DNA from: Auanema rhodensis
Lineage: Eukaryota; Animalia; Nematoda
Direction of reading: 5' to 3'
Length of the DNA: 64,000 bases
Assembly (NCBI GenBank): GCA_964057225.1
Contig: OZ059898.1
Location: forward strand, 248,001-312,000
In this document: piece by piece, positions 13,025 to 26,000 of the stretch
Position numbering within the stretch: the stretch's first letter is position 1
How the letters are laid out: each line of letters begins with the position of its first letter
Program-made: the position numbers and the translations under genes
Notes under the pieces: generated by a model
What the model saw: only the letters and a program-made list of their open reading frames with translations
Databases searched by the model: none
Told to the model about the DNA's origin: nothing

Positions 13025-15300
13025 TCTCTTTATCTTTCACGTGAAGCGGGTTACATACCAAGTGCACATCACGTGTACATTTAATTAGCATAAATTAAAG
13101 TTCACGTAAATTTCAAAGTCATGGTTACCATGCACCAATATCAATAAAAATTTGTTTTTAGACTAATATGGACATGGGGAATCTAATTTTGAAAACCGCA
13201 TCTCTTTATCTTTCACGTGAAGCGAGTTACATACCAAGTGCACATCACGTGTACATTTAATTAGCATAAATTAAAGTTCACGTAAATTTCAAAGTCATGG
13301 TTACCATGCACCAATATCAATAAAAATTTGTTTTTAGACTAATATGGACATGGGGAATCTAATTTTGGAAACCGCATCTCTTTATCTTTCACGTGAAGCG
13401 AGTTACATACCAAGTGTACATCACGTGTACATTTAATTAGCATAAATTGAAGTTCACGTAAATTTCAAAGTCATGGTTACCATGCACCAATATCAATAAA
13501 AATTTGTTTTTAGACTAATATGGACATGGGGAATCTAATTTTGAAAACCGCATCTCTTTATCTTTCACGTGAAGCGAGTTACATACCAAGTGCACATCAC
13601 GTGTACATTTAATTAGCATAAATTAAAGTTCACGTAAATTTCAAAGTCATGGTTACCATGCACCAATATCAATAAAAATTTGTTTTTAGACTAATATGGA
13701 CATGGGGAATCTAATTTTGAAAACCGCATCTCTTTATCTTTCACGTGAAGCGAGTTACATACCAAGGGCACATCACGTGTACATTTAATTAGCATAAATT
13801 AAAGTTCACGTAAATTTCAAAGTCATGGTTACCATGCACCAATATCAATAAAAATTTGTTTTTAGACTAATATGGACATGGGGAATCTAAATTTTGAAAA
13901 CCGCATCTCTTTATCTTTCACGTGAAGCGAGTTACATACCAAGTGCACATCACGTGTACATTTAATTAGCATAAATTAAAGTTCACGTAAATTTCAAAGT
14001 CATGGTTACCATGCACCAATATCAATAAAAATCTGTTTTTAGACTAATATGGACATGGGGAATCTAATTTTGGAAACCGTATCTCTTTATCTTTCACGTG
14101 AAGCGAGTTACATACCAAGTGCACATCACGTGTACATTTAATTAGCATAAATTAAAGTTCACGTAAATTTCAAAGTCATGGTTACCATGCACCAATATCA
14201 ATAAAAATTTGTTTTTAGACTAATATGGACATGGGGAATCTAATTTTGAAAACCGCATCTCTTTATCTTTCACGTGAAGCGGGTTACATACCAAGTGCAC
14301 ATCACGTGTACATTTAATTAGCATAAATTAAAGTTCACGTAAATTTCAAAGTCATGGTTACCATGCACCAATATCAATAAAAATTTGTTTTTAGACTAAT
14401 ATGGACATGGGGAATCTAATTTTGAAAACCGCATCTCTTTATCTTTCACGTGAAGCGAGTTACATACCAAGTGCACATCACGTGTACATTTAATTAGCAT
14501 AAATTAAAGTTCACGTAAATTTCAAAGTCATGGTTACCATGCACCAATATCAATAAAAATTTGTTTTTAGACTAATATGGACATGGGGAATCTAATTTTG
14601 GAAACCGCATCTCTTTATCTTTCACGTGAAGCGAGTTACATACCAAGTGTACATCACGTGTACATTTAATTAGCATAAATTGAAGTTCACGTAAATTTCA
14701 AAGTCATGGTTACCATGCACCAATATCAATAAAAATTTGTTTTTAGACTAATATGGACATGGGAAATCTAATTTTGGAAACCGCATCTCTTTATCTTTCA
14801 CGTGAAGCGAGTTACATACCAAGTGCACATCACGTGTACATTTAATTAGCATAAATTAAAGTTCACGTAAATTTCAAAGTCATGGTTACCATGCACCAAT
14901 ATCAATAAAAATTTGTTTTTAGACTAATATGGACATGGGGAATCTAATTTTGAAAACCGCATCTCTTTATCTTTCACGTGAAGCGGGTTACATACCAAGT
15001 GCACATCACGTGTACATTTAATTAGCATAAATTAAAGTTCACGTAAATTTCAAAGTCATGGTTACCATGCACCAATATCAATAAAAATTTGTTTTTAGAC
15101 TAATATGGACATGGGGAATCTAATTTTGAAAACCGCATCTCTTTATCTTTCACGTGAAGCGAGTTACATACCAAGTGTACATCACGTGTACATATAATTA
15201 GCATAAATTGAAGTTCACGTAAATTTCAAAGTCATGGTTACCATGCACCAATATCAATAAAAATTTGTTTTTAGACTAATATGGACATGGGGAATCTAAT
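13025..15300. repeat. Local 7-monomer and 4-monomer duplications
   Basis: A25G at 13049, 14282 and 14986; C41T at 13417, 14650 and 15178. Offsets include 1233 (7x176+1, spanning the 1-bp insertion near 13890) and 704 (4x176). Confidence 0.8.
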
Positions 15301-16018
15301 TTTGAAAACCGCATCTCTTTATCTTTCACGTGAAGCGAGTTACATACCAAGTGCACATCACGTGTACATTTAATTAGCATAAATTAAAGTTCACGTAAAT
15401 TTCAAAGTCATGGTTACCATGCACCAATATCAATAAAAATTTGTTTTTAGACTAATATGGACATGGGGAATCTAATTTTGAAAACCGCATCTCTTTATCT
15501 TTCACGTGAAGCGAGTTACATACCAAGGGCACATCACGTGTACATTTAATTAGCATAAATTAAAGTTCACGTAAATTTCAAAGTCATGGTTACCATGCAC
15601 CAATATCAATAAAAATTTGTTTTTAGACTAATATGGACATGGGGAATCTAAAATTTGAAAACCGCATCTCTTTATCTTTCACGTGAAGCGAGTTACATAC
15701 CAAGTGCACATCACGTGTACATTTAATTAGCATAAATTAAAGTTCACGTAAATTTCAAAGTCATGGTTACCATGCACCAATATCAATAAAAATCTGTTTT
15801 TAGACTAATATGGACATGGGGAATCTAATTTTGGAAACCGCATCTCTTTATCTTTCACGTGAAGCGAGTTACATACCAAGTGCACATCACGTGTACATTT
15901 AATTAGCATAAATTGAAGTTCACGTAAATTTCAAAGTCATGGTTACCATGAACCAATATCAATAAAAATTTGTTTTTAGACTAATATGGACATGGGGAAT
16001 CTAATTTTGAAAACCGCA

Positions 16019-17601
16019 TCTCTTTATCTTTCACGTGAAACGAGTTACATACCAAGTGCACATCACGTGTACATTTAATTAGCATAAATTAAAGTTCACG
16101 TAAATTTCAAAGTCATGGTTACCATGAACCAATATCAATAAAAATTTGTTTTTAGACTAATATGGACATGGGGAATCTAATTTTGAAAACCGCATCTCTT
16201 TATCTTTCACGTGAAGCGAGTTACATACCAAGTGCACATCACGTGTACATTTAATTAGCATAAATTGAAGTTCACGTAAATTTCAAAGTCATGGTTACCA
16301 TGCACCAATATCAATAAAAATTTGTTTTTAGACTAATATGGACATGAGGAATCTAATTTTGAAAACCGCATCTCTTTATCTTTCACGTGAAGCGAGTTAC
16401 ATACCAAGTGCACATCACGTGTACATTTAATTAGCATAAATTAAAGTTCACGTAAATTTCAAAGTCATGGTTACCATGAACCAATATCAATAAAAATTTG
16501 TTTTTAGACTAATATGGACATGGGGAATCTAATTTTGAAAACCGCATCTCTTTATCTTTCACGTGAAACGAGTTACATACCAAGTGCACATCACGTGTAC
16601 ATTTAATTAGCATAAATTAAAGTTCACGTAAATTTCAAAGTCATGGTTACCATGAACCAATATCAATAAAAATTTGTTTTTAGACTAATATGGACATGGG
16701 GAATCTAATTTTGAAAACCGCATCTCTTTATCTTTCACGTGAAGCGAGTTACATACCAAGTGCACATCACGTGTACATTTAATTAGCATAAATTGAAGTT
16801 CACGTAAATTTCAAAGTCATGGTTACCATGCACCAATATCAATAAAAATTTGTTTTTAGACTAATATGGACATGAGGAATCTAATTTTGAAAACCGCATC
16901 TCTTTATCTTTCACGTGAAGCGAGTTACATACCAAGTGCACATCACGTGTACATTTAATTAGCATAAATTAAAGTTCACGTAAATTTCAAAGTCATGGTT
17001 ACCATGAACCAATATCAATAAAAATTTGTTTTTAGACTAATATGGACATGGGGAATCTAATTTTGAAAACCGCATCTCTTTATCTTTCACGTGAAACGAG
17101 TTACATACCAAGTGCACATCACGTGTACATTTAATTAGCATAAATTAAAGTTCACGTAAATTTCAAAGTCATGGTTACCATGAACCAATATCAATAAAAA
17201 TTTGTTTTTAGACTAATATGGACATGGGGAATCTAATTTTGAAAACCGCATCTCTTTATCTTTCACGTGAAGCGAGTTACATACCAAGTGCACATCACGT
17301 GTACATTTAATTAGCATAAATTGAAGTTCACGTAAATTTCAAAGTCATGGTTACCATGCACCAATATCAATAAAAATTTGTTTTTAGACTAATATGGACA
17401 TGAGGAATCTAATTTTGAAAACCGCATCTCTTTATCTTTCACGTGAAGCGAGTTACATACCAAGTGCACATCACGTGTACATTTAATTAGCATAAATTAA
17501 AGTTCACGTAAATTTCAAAGTCATGGTTACCATGAACCAATATCAATAAAAATTTGTTTTTAGACTAATATGGAATGGGGAATCTAATTTTGAAAACCGC
17601 A
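16019..17601. repeat. 3-monomer (528-bp) higher-order repeat, three tandem copies
   Basis: G22A at 16040, 16568 and 17096; G153A at 16347, 16875 and 17403. Spacing is exactly 528 bp. Confidence 0.92.
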
Positions 17602-18833
17602 TCTCTTTATCTTTCACGTGAAGCGAGTTACATACCAAGTGCACATCACGTGTACATTTAATTAGCATAAATTGAAGTTCACGTAAATTTCAAAGTCATG
17701 GTTACCATGCACCAATATCAATAAAAATTTGTTTTTAGACTAATATGGACATGGGAAATTTAATTTTGAAAACCACATCTCTTTATCTTTCACGTGAAGC
17801 GAGTTACATACCAAGTGCACATCACGTGTACATTTAATTAGCATAAATTAAAGTTCACGTAAATTTCAAAGTCATGGTTACCATGCACCAATATCAATAA
17901 AAATTTGTTTTTAGACTAATATGGACATGAGGAATCTAATTTTGAAAACCGCATCTCTTTATCTTTCACGTGAAGCGAGTTACATACCAAGTGCACATCA
18001 CGTGTACATTTAATTAGCATAAATTAAAGTTCACGTAAATTTCAAAGTCATGGTTACCATGCACCAATATCAATAAAAATTTGTTTTTAGACTAATATGG
18101 ACATGGGGAATCTAATTTTGAAAACCGCATCTCTTTATCTTTCACGTGAAGCGAGTTACATACCAAGGGCACATCACGTGTACATTTAATTAGCATAAAT
18201 TAAAGTCCACGTAAATTTCAAAGTCATGGTTACCATGCACCAATATCAATAAAAATTTGTTTTTAGACTAATATGGACATGGGGAATCTAATTTTGAAAA
18301 CCGCATCTCTTTATCTTTCACGTGAAGCGAGTTACATACCAAGTGCACATCACGTGTACATTTAATTAGCATAAATTAAAGTTCACGTAAATTTCAAAGT
18401 CATGGTTACCATGAACCAATATCAATAAAAATTTGTTTTTAGACTAATATGGACATGGGGAATCTAATTTTGAAAACCGCATCTCTTTATCTTTCACGTG
18501 AAGCGAGTTACATACCAAGTGCACATCACGTGTACATTTAATTAGCATAAATTGAAGTTCACGTAAATTTCAAAGTCATGGTTACCATGCACCAATATCA
18601 ATAAAAATTTGTTTTTAGACTAATATGGACATGGGAAATTTAATTTTGAAAACCGCATCTCTTTATCTTTCACGTGAAGCGAGTTACATACCAAGTGCAC
18701 ATCACGTGTACATTTAATTAGCATAAATTAAAGTTCACGTAAATTTCAAAGTCATGGTTACCATGCACCAATATCAATAAAAATTTGTTTTTAGACTAAT
18801 ATGGACATGAGGAATCTAATTTTGAAAACTGTA

Positions 18834-20947
18834 TCTCTTTATCTTTCACGTGAAGCGAGTTACATACCAAGTGCACATCACGTGTACATTTAATTAGCAT
18901 AAATTAAAGTTCACGTAAATTTCAAAGTCATGGTTACCATGCACCAATATCAATAAAAATTTGTTTTTAGACTAATATGGACATGGGGAATCTAATTTTG
19001 AAAACCGCATCTCTTTATCTTTCACGTGAAGCGAGTTACATACCAAGGGCACATCACGTGTACATTTAATTAGCATAAATTAAAGTTCACGTAAATTTCA
19101 AAGTCATGGTTACCATGCACCAATATCAATAAAAATTTGTTTTTAGACTAATATGGACATGGGGAATCTAATTTTGAAAACCGCATCTCTTTATCTTTCA
19201 CGTGAAGCGAGTTACATACCAAGTGCACATCACGTGTACATTTAATTAGCATAAATTAAAGTTCACGTAAATTTCAAAGTCATGGTTACCATGCACCAAT
19301 ATCAATAAAAATCTGTTTTTAGACTAATATGGACATGGGGAATCTAATTTTGGAAACCGCATCTCTTTATCTTTCACGTGAAGCGAGTTACATACCAAGT
19401 GCACATCACGTGTACATTTAATTAGCATAAATTGAAGTTCACGTAAATTTCAAAGTCATGGTTACCATGAACCAATATCAATAAAAATTTGTTTTTAGAC
19501 TAATATGGACATGGGGAATCTAATTTTGAAAACCGCATCTCTTTATCTTTCACGTGAAGCGAGTTACATACCAAGTGCACATCACGTGTACATTTAATTA
19601 GCATAAATTAAAGTTCACGTAAATTTCAAAGTCATGGTTACCATGCACCAATATCAAGAAAAATTTGTTTTTAGACTAATATGGAGATGGGGAATCTAAT
19701 TTTGAAAACCGCATCTCTTTATCTTTCACGTGAAGCGAGTTACATACCAAGGGCACATCACGTGTACATTTAATTAGCATAAATTAAAGTTCACGTAAAT
19801 TTCAAAGTCATGGTTACCATGCACCAATATCAATAAAAATTTGTTTTTAGACTAATATGGACATGGGGAATCTAAATTTTGAAAACCGCATCTCTTTATC
19901 TTTCACGTGAAGCGAGTTACATACCAAGTGCACATCACGTGTACATTTAATTAGCATAAATTAAAGTTCACGTAAATTTCAAAGTCATGGTTACCATGCA
20001 CCAATATCAATAAAAATTTGTTTTTAGACTAATATGGACATGGGGAATCTAATTTTGAAAACCGCATCTCTTTATCTTTCACGTGAAGCGAGTTACATAC
20101 CAAGGGCACATCACGTGTACATTTAATTAGCATAAATTAAAGTTCACGTAAATTTCAAAGTCATGGTTACCATGCACCAATATCAATAAAAATTTGTTTT
20201 TAGACTAATATGGACATGGGGAATCTAATTTTGAAAACCGCATCTCTTTATCTTTCACGTGAAGCGAGTTACATACCAAGTGCACATCACGTGTACATTT
20301 AATTAGCATAAATTAAAGTTCACGTAAATTTCAAAGTCATGGTTACCATGCACCAATATCAATAAAAATCTGTTTTTAGACTAATATGGACATGGGGAAT
20401 CTAATTTTGGAAACCGCATCTCTTTATCTTTCACGTGAAGCGAGTTACATACCAAGTGCACATCACGTGTACATTTAATTAGCATAAATTGAAGTTCACG
20501 TAAATTTCAAAGTCATGGTTACCATGAACCAATATCAATAAAAATTTGTTTTTAGACTAATATGGACATGGGGAATCTAATTTTGAAAACCGCATCTCTT
20601 TATCTTTCACGTGAAGCGAGTTACATACCAAGTGCACATCACGTGTACATTTAATTAGCATAAATTAAAGTTCACGTAAATTTCAAAGTCATGGTTACCA
20701 TGCACCAATATCAAGAAAAATTTGTTTTTAGACTAATATGGAGATGGGGAATCTAATTTTGAAAACCGCATCTCTTTATCTTTCACGTGAAGCGAGTTAC
20801 ATACCAAGGGCACATCACGTGTACATTTAATTAGCATAAATTAAAGTTCACGTAAATTTCAAAGTCATGGTTACCATGCACCAATATCAATAAAAATTTG
20901 TTTTTAGACTAATATGGACATGGGGAATCTAAATTTTGAAAACCGCA
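18834..20947. repeat. 6-monomer (1057-bp) tandem duplication, two copies
   Basis: T121G at 19658/20715 and C149G at 19686/20743, plus a shared 1-bp A insertion (CTAAATTTTG) near 19875 and 20932. Confidence 0.92.
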
Positions 20948-23058
20948 TCTCTTTATCTTTCACGTGAAGCGAGTTACATACCAAGTGCACATCACGTGTA
21001 CATTTAATTAGCATAAATTAAAGTTCACGTAAATTTCAAAGTCATGGTTACCATGCACCAATATCAATAAAAATCTGTTTTTAGACTAATATGGACATGG
21101 GGAATCTAATTTTGGAAACCGCATCTCTTTATCTTTCACGTGAAGCGAGTTACATACCAAGTGCACATCACGTGTACATTTAATTAGCATAAATTGAAGT
21201 TCACGTAAATTTCAAAGTCATGGTTACCATGAACCAATATCAATAAAAATTTGTTTTTAGACTAATATGGACATGGGGAATCTAATTTTGAAAACCGCAT
21301 CTCTTTATCTTTCACGTGAAACGAGTTACATACCAAGTGCACATCACGTGTACATTTAATTAGCATAAATTAAAGTTCACGTAAATTTCAAAGTCATGGT
21401 TACCATGAACCAATATCAATAAAAATTTGTTTTTAGACTAATATGGACATGGGGAATCTAATTTTGAAAACCGCATCTCTTTATCTTTCACGTGAAGCGA
21501 GTTACATACCAAGTGCACATCACGTGTACATTTAATTAGCATAAATTGAAGTTCACGTAAATTTCAAAGTCATGGTTACCATGCACCAATATCAATAAAA
21601 ATTTGTTTTTAGACTAATATGGACATGGGAAATTTAATTTTGAAAACCGCATCTCTTTATCTTTCACGTGAAGCGAGTTACATACCAAGTGCACATCACG
21701 TGTACATTTAATTAGCATAAATTAAAGTTCACGTAAATTTCAAAGTCATGGTTACCATGCACCAATATCAATAAAAATTTGTTTTTAGACTAATATGGAC
21801 ATGAGGAATCTAATTTTGAAAACCGCATCTCTTTATCTTTCACGTGAAGCGAGTTACATACCAAGTGCACATCACGTGTACATTTAATTAGCATAAATTA
21901 AAGTTCACGTAAATTTCAAAGTCATGGTTACCATGAACCAATATCAATAAAAATTTGTTTTTAGACTAATATGGAATGGGGAATCTAATTTTGAAAACCG
22001 CATCTCTTTATCTTTCACGTGAAGCGAGTTACATACCAAGTGCACATCACGTGTACATTTAATTAGCATAAATTGAAGTTCACGTAAATTTCAAAGTCAT
22101 GGTTACCATGCACCAATATCAATAAAAATTTGTTTTTAGACTAATATGGACATGGGAAATTTAATTTTGAAAACCGCATCTCTTTATCTTTCACGTGAAG
22201 CGAGTTACATACCAAGTGCACATCACGTGTACATTTAATTAGCATAAATTAAAGTTCACGTAAATTTCAAAGTCATGGTTACCATGCACCAATATCAATA
22301 AAAATTTGTTTTTAGACTAATATGGACATGAGGAATCTAATTTTGAAAACCGCATCTCTTTATCTTTCACGTGAAGCGAGTTACATACCAAGTGCACATC
22401 ACGTGTACATTTAATTAGCATAAATTAAAGTTCACGTAAATTTCAAAGTCATGGTTACCATGCACCAATATCAATAAAAATTTGTTTTTAGACTAATATG
22501 GACATGGGGAATCTAATTTTGAAAACCGCATCTCTTTATCTTTCACGTGAAGCGAGTTACATACCAAGTGCACATCACGTGTACATTTAATTAGCATAAA
22601 TTAAAGTTCACGTAAATTTCAAAGTCATGGTTACCATGCACCAATATCAATAAAAATCTGATTTTAGACTAATATGGACATGGGGAATCTAATTTTGGAA
22701 ACCGCATCTCTTTATCTTTCACGTGAAGCGAGTTACATACCAAGTGCACATCACGTGTACATTTAATTAGCATAAATTGAAGTTCACGTAAATTTCAAAG
22801 TCATGGTTACCATGAACCAATATCAATAAAAATTTGTTTTTAGACTAATATGGACATGGGGAATCTAATTTTGAAAACCGCATCTCTTTATCTTTCACGT
22901 GAAGCGAGTTACATACCAAGTGCACATCACGTGTACATTTAATTAGCATAAATTAAAGTTCACGTAAATTTCAAAGTCATGGTTACCATGAACCAATATC
23001 AATAAAAATTTGTTTTTAGACTAATATGGACATGGGGAATCTAATTTTGAAAACCGCA

Positions 23059-26000
23059 TCTCTTTATCTTTCACGTGAAGCGAGTTACATACCAAGTGCA
23101 CATCACGTGTACATTTAATTAGCATAAATTGAAGTTCACGTAAATTTCAAAGTCATGGTTACCATGCACCAATATCAATAAAAATTTGTTTTTAGACTAA
23201 TATGGACATGGGAAATTTAATTTTGAAAACCGCATCTCTTTATCTTTCACGTGAAGCGAGTTACATACCAAGTGCACATCACGTGTACATTTAATTAGCA
23301 TAAATTAAAGTTCACGTAAATTTCAAAGTCATGGTTACCATGCACCAATATCAATAAAAATTTGTTTTTAGACTAATATGGACATGAGGAATCTAATTTT
23401 GAAAACTGTATCTCTTTATCTTTCACGTGAAGCGAGTTACATACCAAGTGCACATCACGTGTACATTTAATTAGCATAAATTAAAGTTCACGTAAATTTC
23501 AAAGTCATGGTTACCATGCACCAATATCAATAAAAATTTGTTTTTAGACTAATATGGACATGGGGAATCTAATTTTGAAAACCGCATCTCTTTATCTTTC
23601 ACGTGAAGCGAGTTACATACCAAGGGCACATCACGTGTACATTTAATTAGCATAAATTAAAGTTCACGTAAATTTCAAAGTCATGGTTACCATGCACCAA
23701 TATCAATAAAAATTTGTTTTTAGACTAATATGGACATGGGGAATCTAATTTTGAAAACCGCATCTCTTTATCTTTCACGTGAAGCGAGTTACATACCAAG
23801 TGCACATCACGTGTACATTTAATTAGCATAAATTAAAGTTCACGTAAATTTCAAAGTCATGGTTACCATGCACCAATATCAATAAAAATCTGTTTTTAGA
23901 CTAATATGGACATGGGGAATCTAATTTTGGAAACCGCATCTCTTTATCTTTCACGTGAAGCGAGTTACATACCAAGTGCACATCACGTGTACATTTAATT
24001 AGCATAAATTGAAGTTCACGTAAATTTCAAAGTCATGGTTACCATGAACCAATATCAATAAAAATTTGTTTTTAGACTAATATGGACATGGGGAATCTAA
24101 TTTTGAAAACCGCATCTCTTTATCTTTCACGTGAAGCGAGTTACATACCAAGTGCACATCACGTGTACATTTAATTAGCATAAATTAAAGTTCACGTAAA
24201 TTTCAAAGTCATGGTTACCATGAACCAATATCAATAAAAATTTGTTTTTAGACTAATATGGACATGGGGAATCTAATTTTGAAAACCGCATCTCTTTATC
24301 TTTCACGTGAAGCGAGTTACATACCAAGTGCACATCACGTGTACATTTAATTAGCATAAATTGAAGTTCACGTAAATTTCAAAGTCAGGGTTACCATGCA
24401 CCAATATCAATAAAAATTTGTTTTTAGACTAATATGGACATGGGAAATTTAATTTTGAAAACCGCATCTCTTTATCTTTCACGTGAAGCGAGTTACATAC
24501 CAAGTGCACATCACGTGTACATTTAATTAGCATAAATTAAAGTTCACGTAAATTTCAAAGTCATGGTTACCATGCACCAATATCAATAAAAATTTGTTTT
24601 TAGACTAATATGGACATGAGGAATCTAATTTTGAAAACTGCATCTCTTTATCTTTCACGTGAAGCGAGTTACATACCAAGTGCACATCACGTGTACATTT
24701 AATTAGCATAAATTAAAGTTCACGTAAATTTCAAAGTCATGGTTACCATGAACCAATATCAATAAAAATTTGTTTTTAGACTAATATGGACATGGGGAAT
24801 CTAATTTTGAAAACCGCATCTCTTTATCTTTCACGTGAAGCGAGTTACATACCAAGTGCACATCACGTGTACATTTAATTAGCATAAATTGAAGTTCACG
24901 TAAATTTCAAAGTCATGGTTACCATGCACCAATATCAATAAAAATTTGTTTTTAGACTAATATGGACATGGGAAATTTAATTTTGAAAACCGCATCTCTT
25001 TATCTTTCACGTGAAGCGAGTTACATACCAAGTGCTCATCACGTGTACATTTAATTAGCATAAATAAAAGTTCACGTAAATTTCAAAGTCATGATTACCA
25101 TGCACCAATATCAATAAAAATTTGTTTTTAGACTAATATGGACATGAGGAATCTAATTTTGAAAACCGCATCTCTTTATCTTTCACGTGAAGCGAGTTAC
25201 ATACCAAGTGCACATCACGTGTACATTTAATTAGCATAAATTAAAGTTCACGTAAATTTCAAAGTCATGGTTACCATGCACCAATATCAATAAAAATTTG
25301 TTTGTAGACTAATATGGACATGGGGAATCTAATTTTGAAAACCGCATCTCTTTATCTTTCACGTGAAGCGAGTTACATACCAAGGGCACATCACGTGTAC
25401 ATTTAATTAGCATAAATTAAAGTTCACGTAAATTTCAAAGTCATGGTTACCATGCACCAATATCAATAAAAATTTGTTTTGAGACTAATATGGACATGGG
25501 GAATCTAATTTTGAAAACCGCATCTCTTTATCTTTCACGTGAAGCGAGTTACATACCAAGTGCACATCACGTGTACATTTAATTAGCATAAATTAAAGTC
25601 CACGTAAATTTCAAAGTCATGGTTACCATGCACCAATATCAATAAAAATTTGTTTTTAGACTAATATGGACATGGGGAATCTAATTTTGAAAACCGCATC
25701 TCTTTATCTTTCACGTGAAGCGAGTTACATACCAAGTGCACATCACGTGTACATTTAATTAGCATAAATTAAAGTTCACGTAAATTTCAAAGTCATGGTT
25801 ACCATGCACCAATATCAATAAAAATCTGATTTTAGACTAATATGGACATGGGGAATCTAATTTTGGAAACCGCATCTCTTTATCTTTCACGTGAAGCGAG
25901 TTACATACCAAGTGCACATCACGTGTACATTTAATTAGCATAAATTGAAGTTCACGTAAATTTCAAAGTCATGGTTACCATGAACCAATATCAATAAAAA

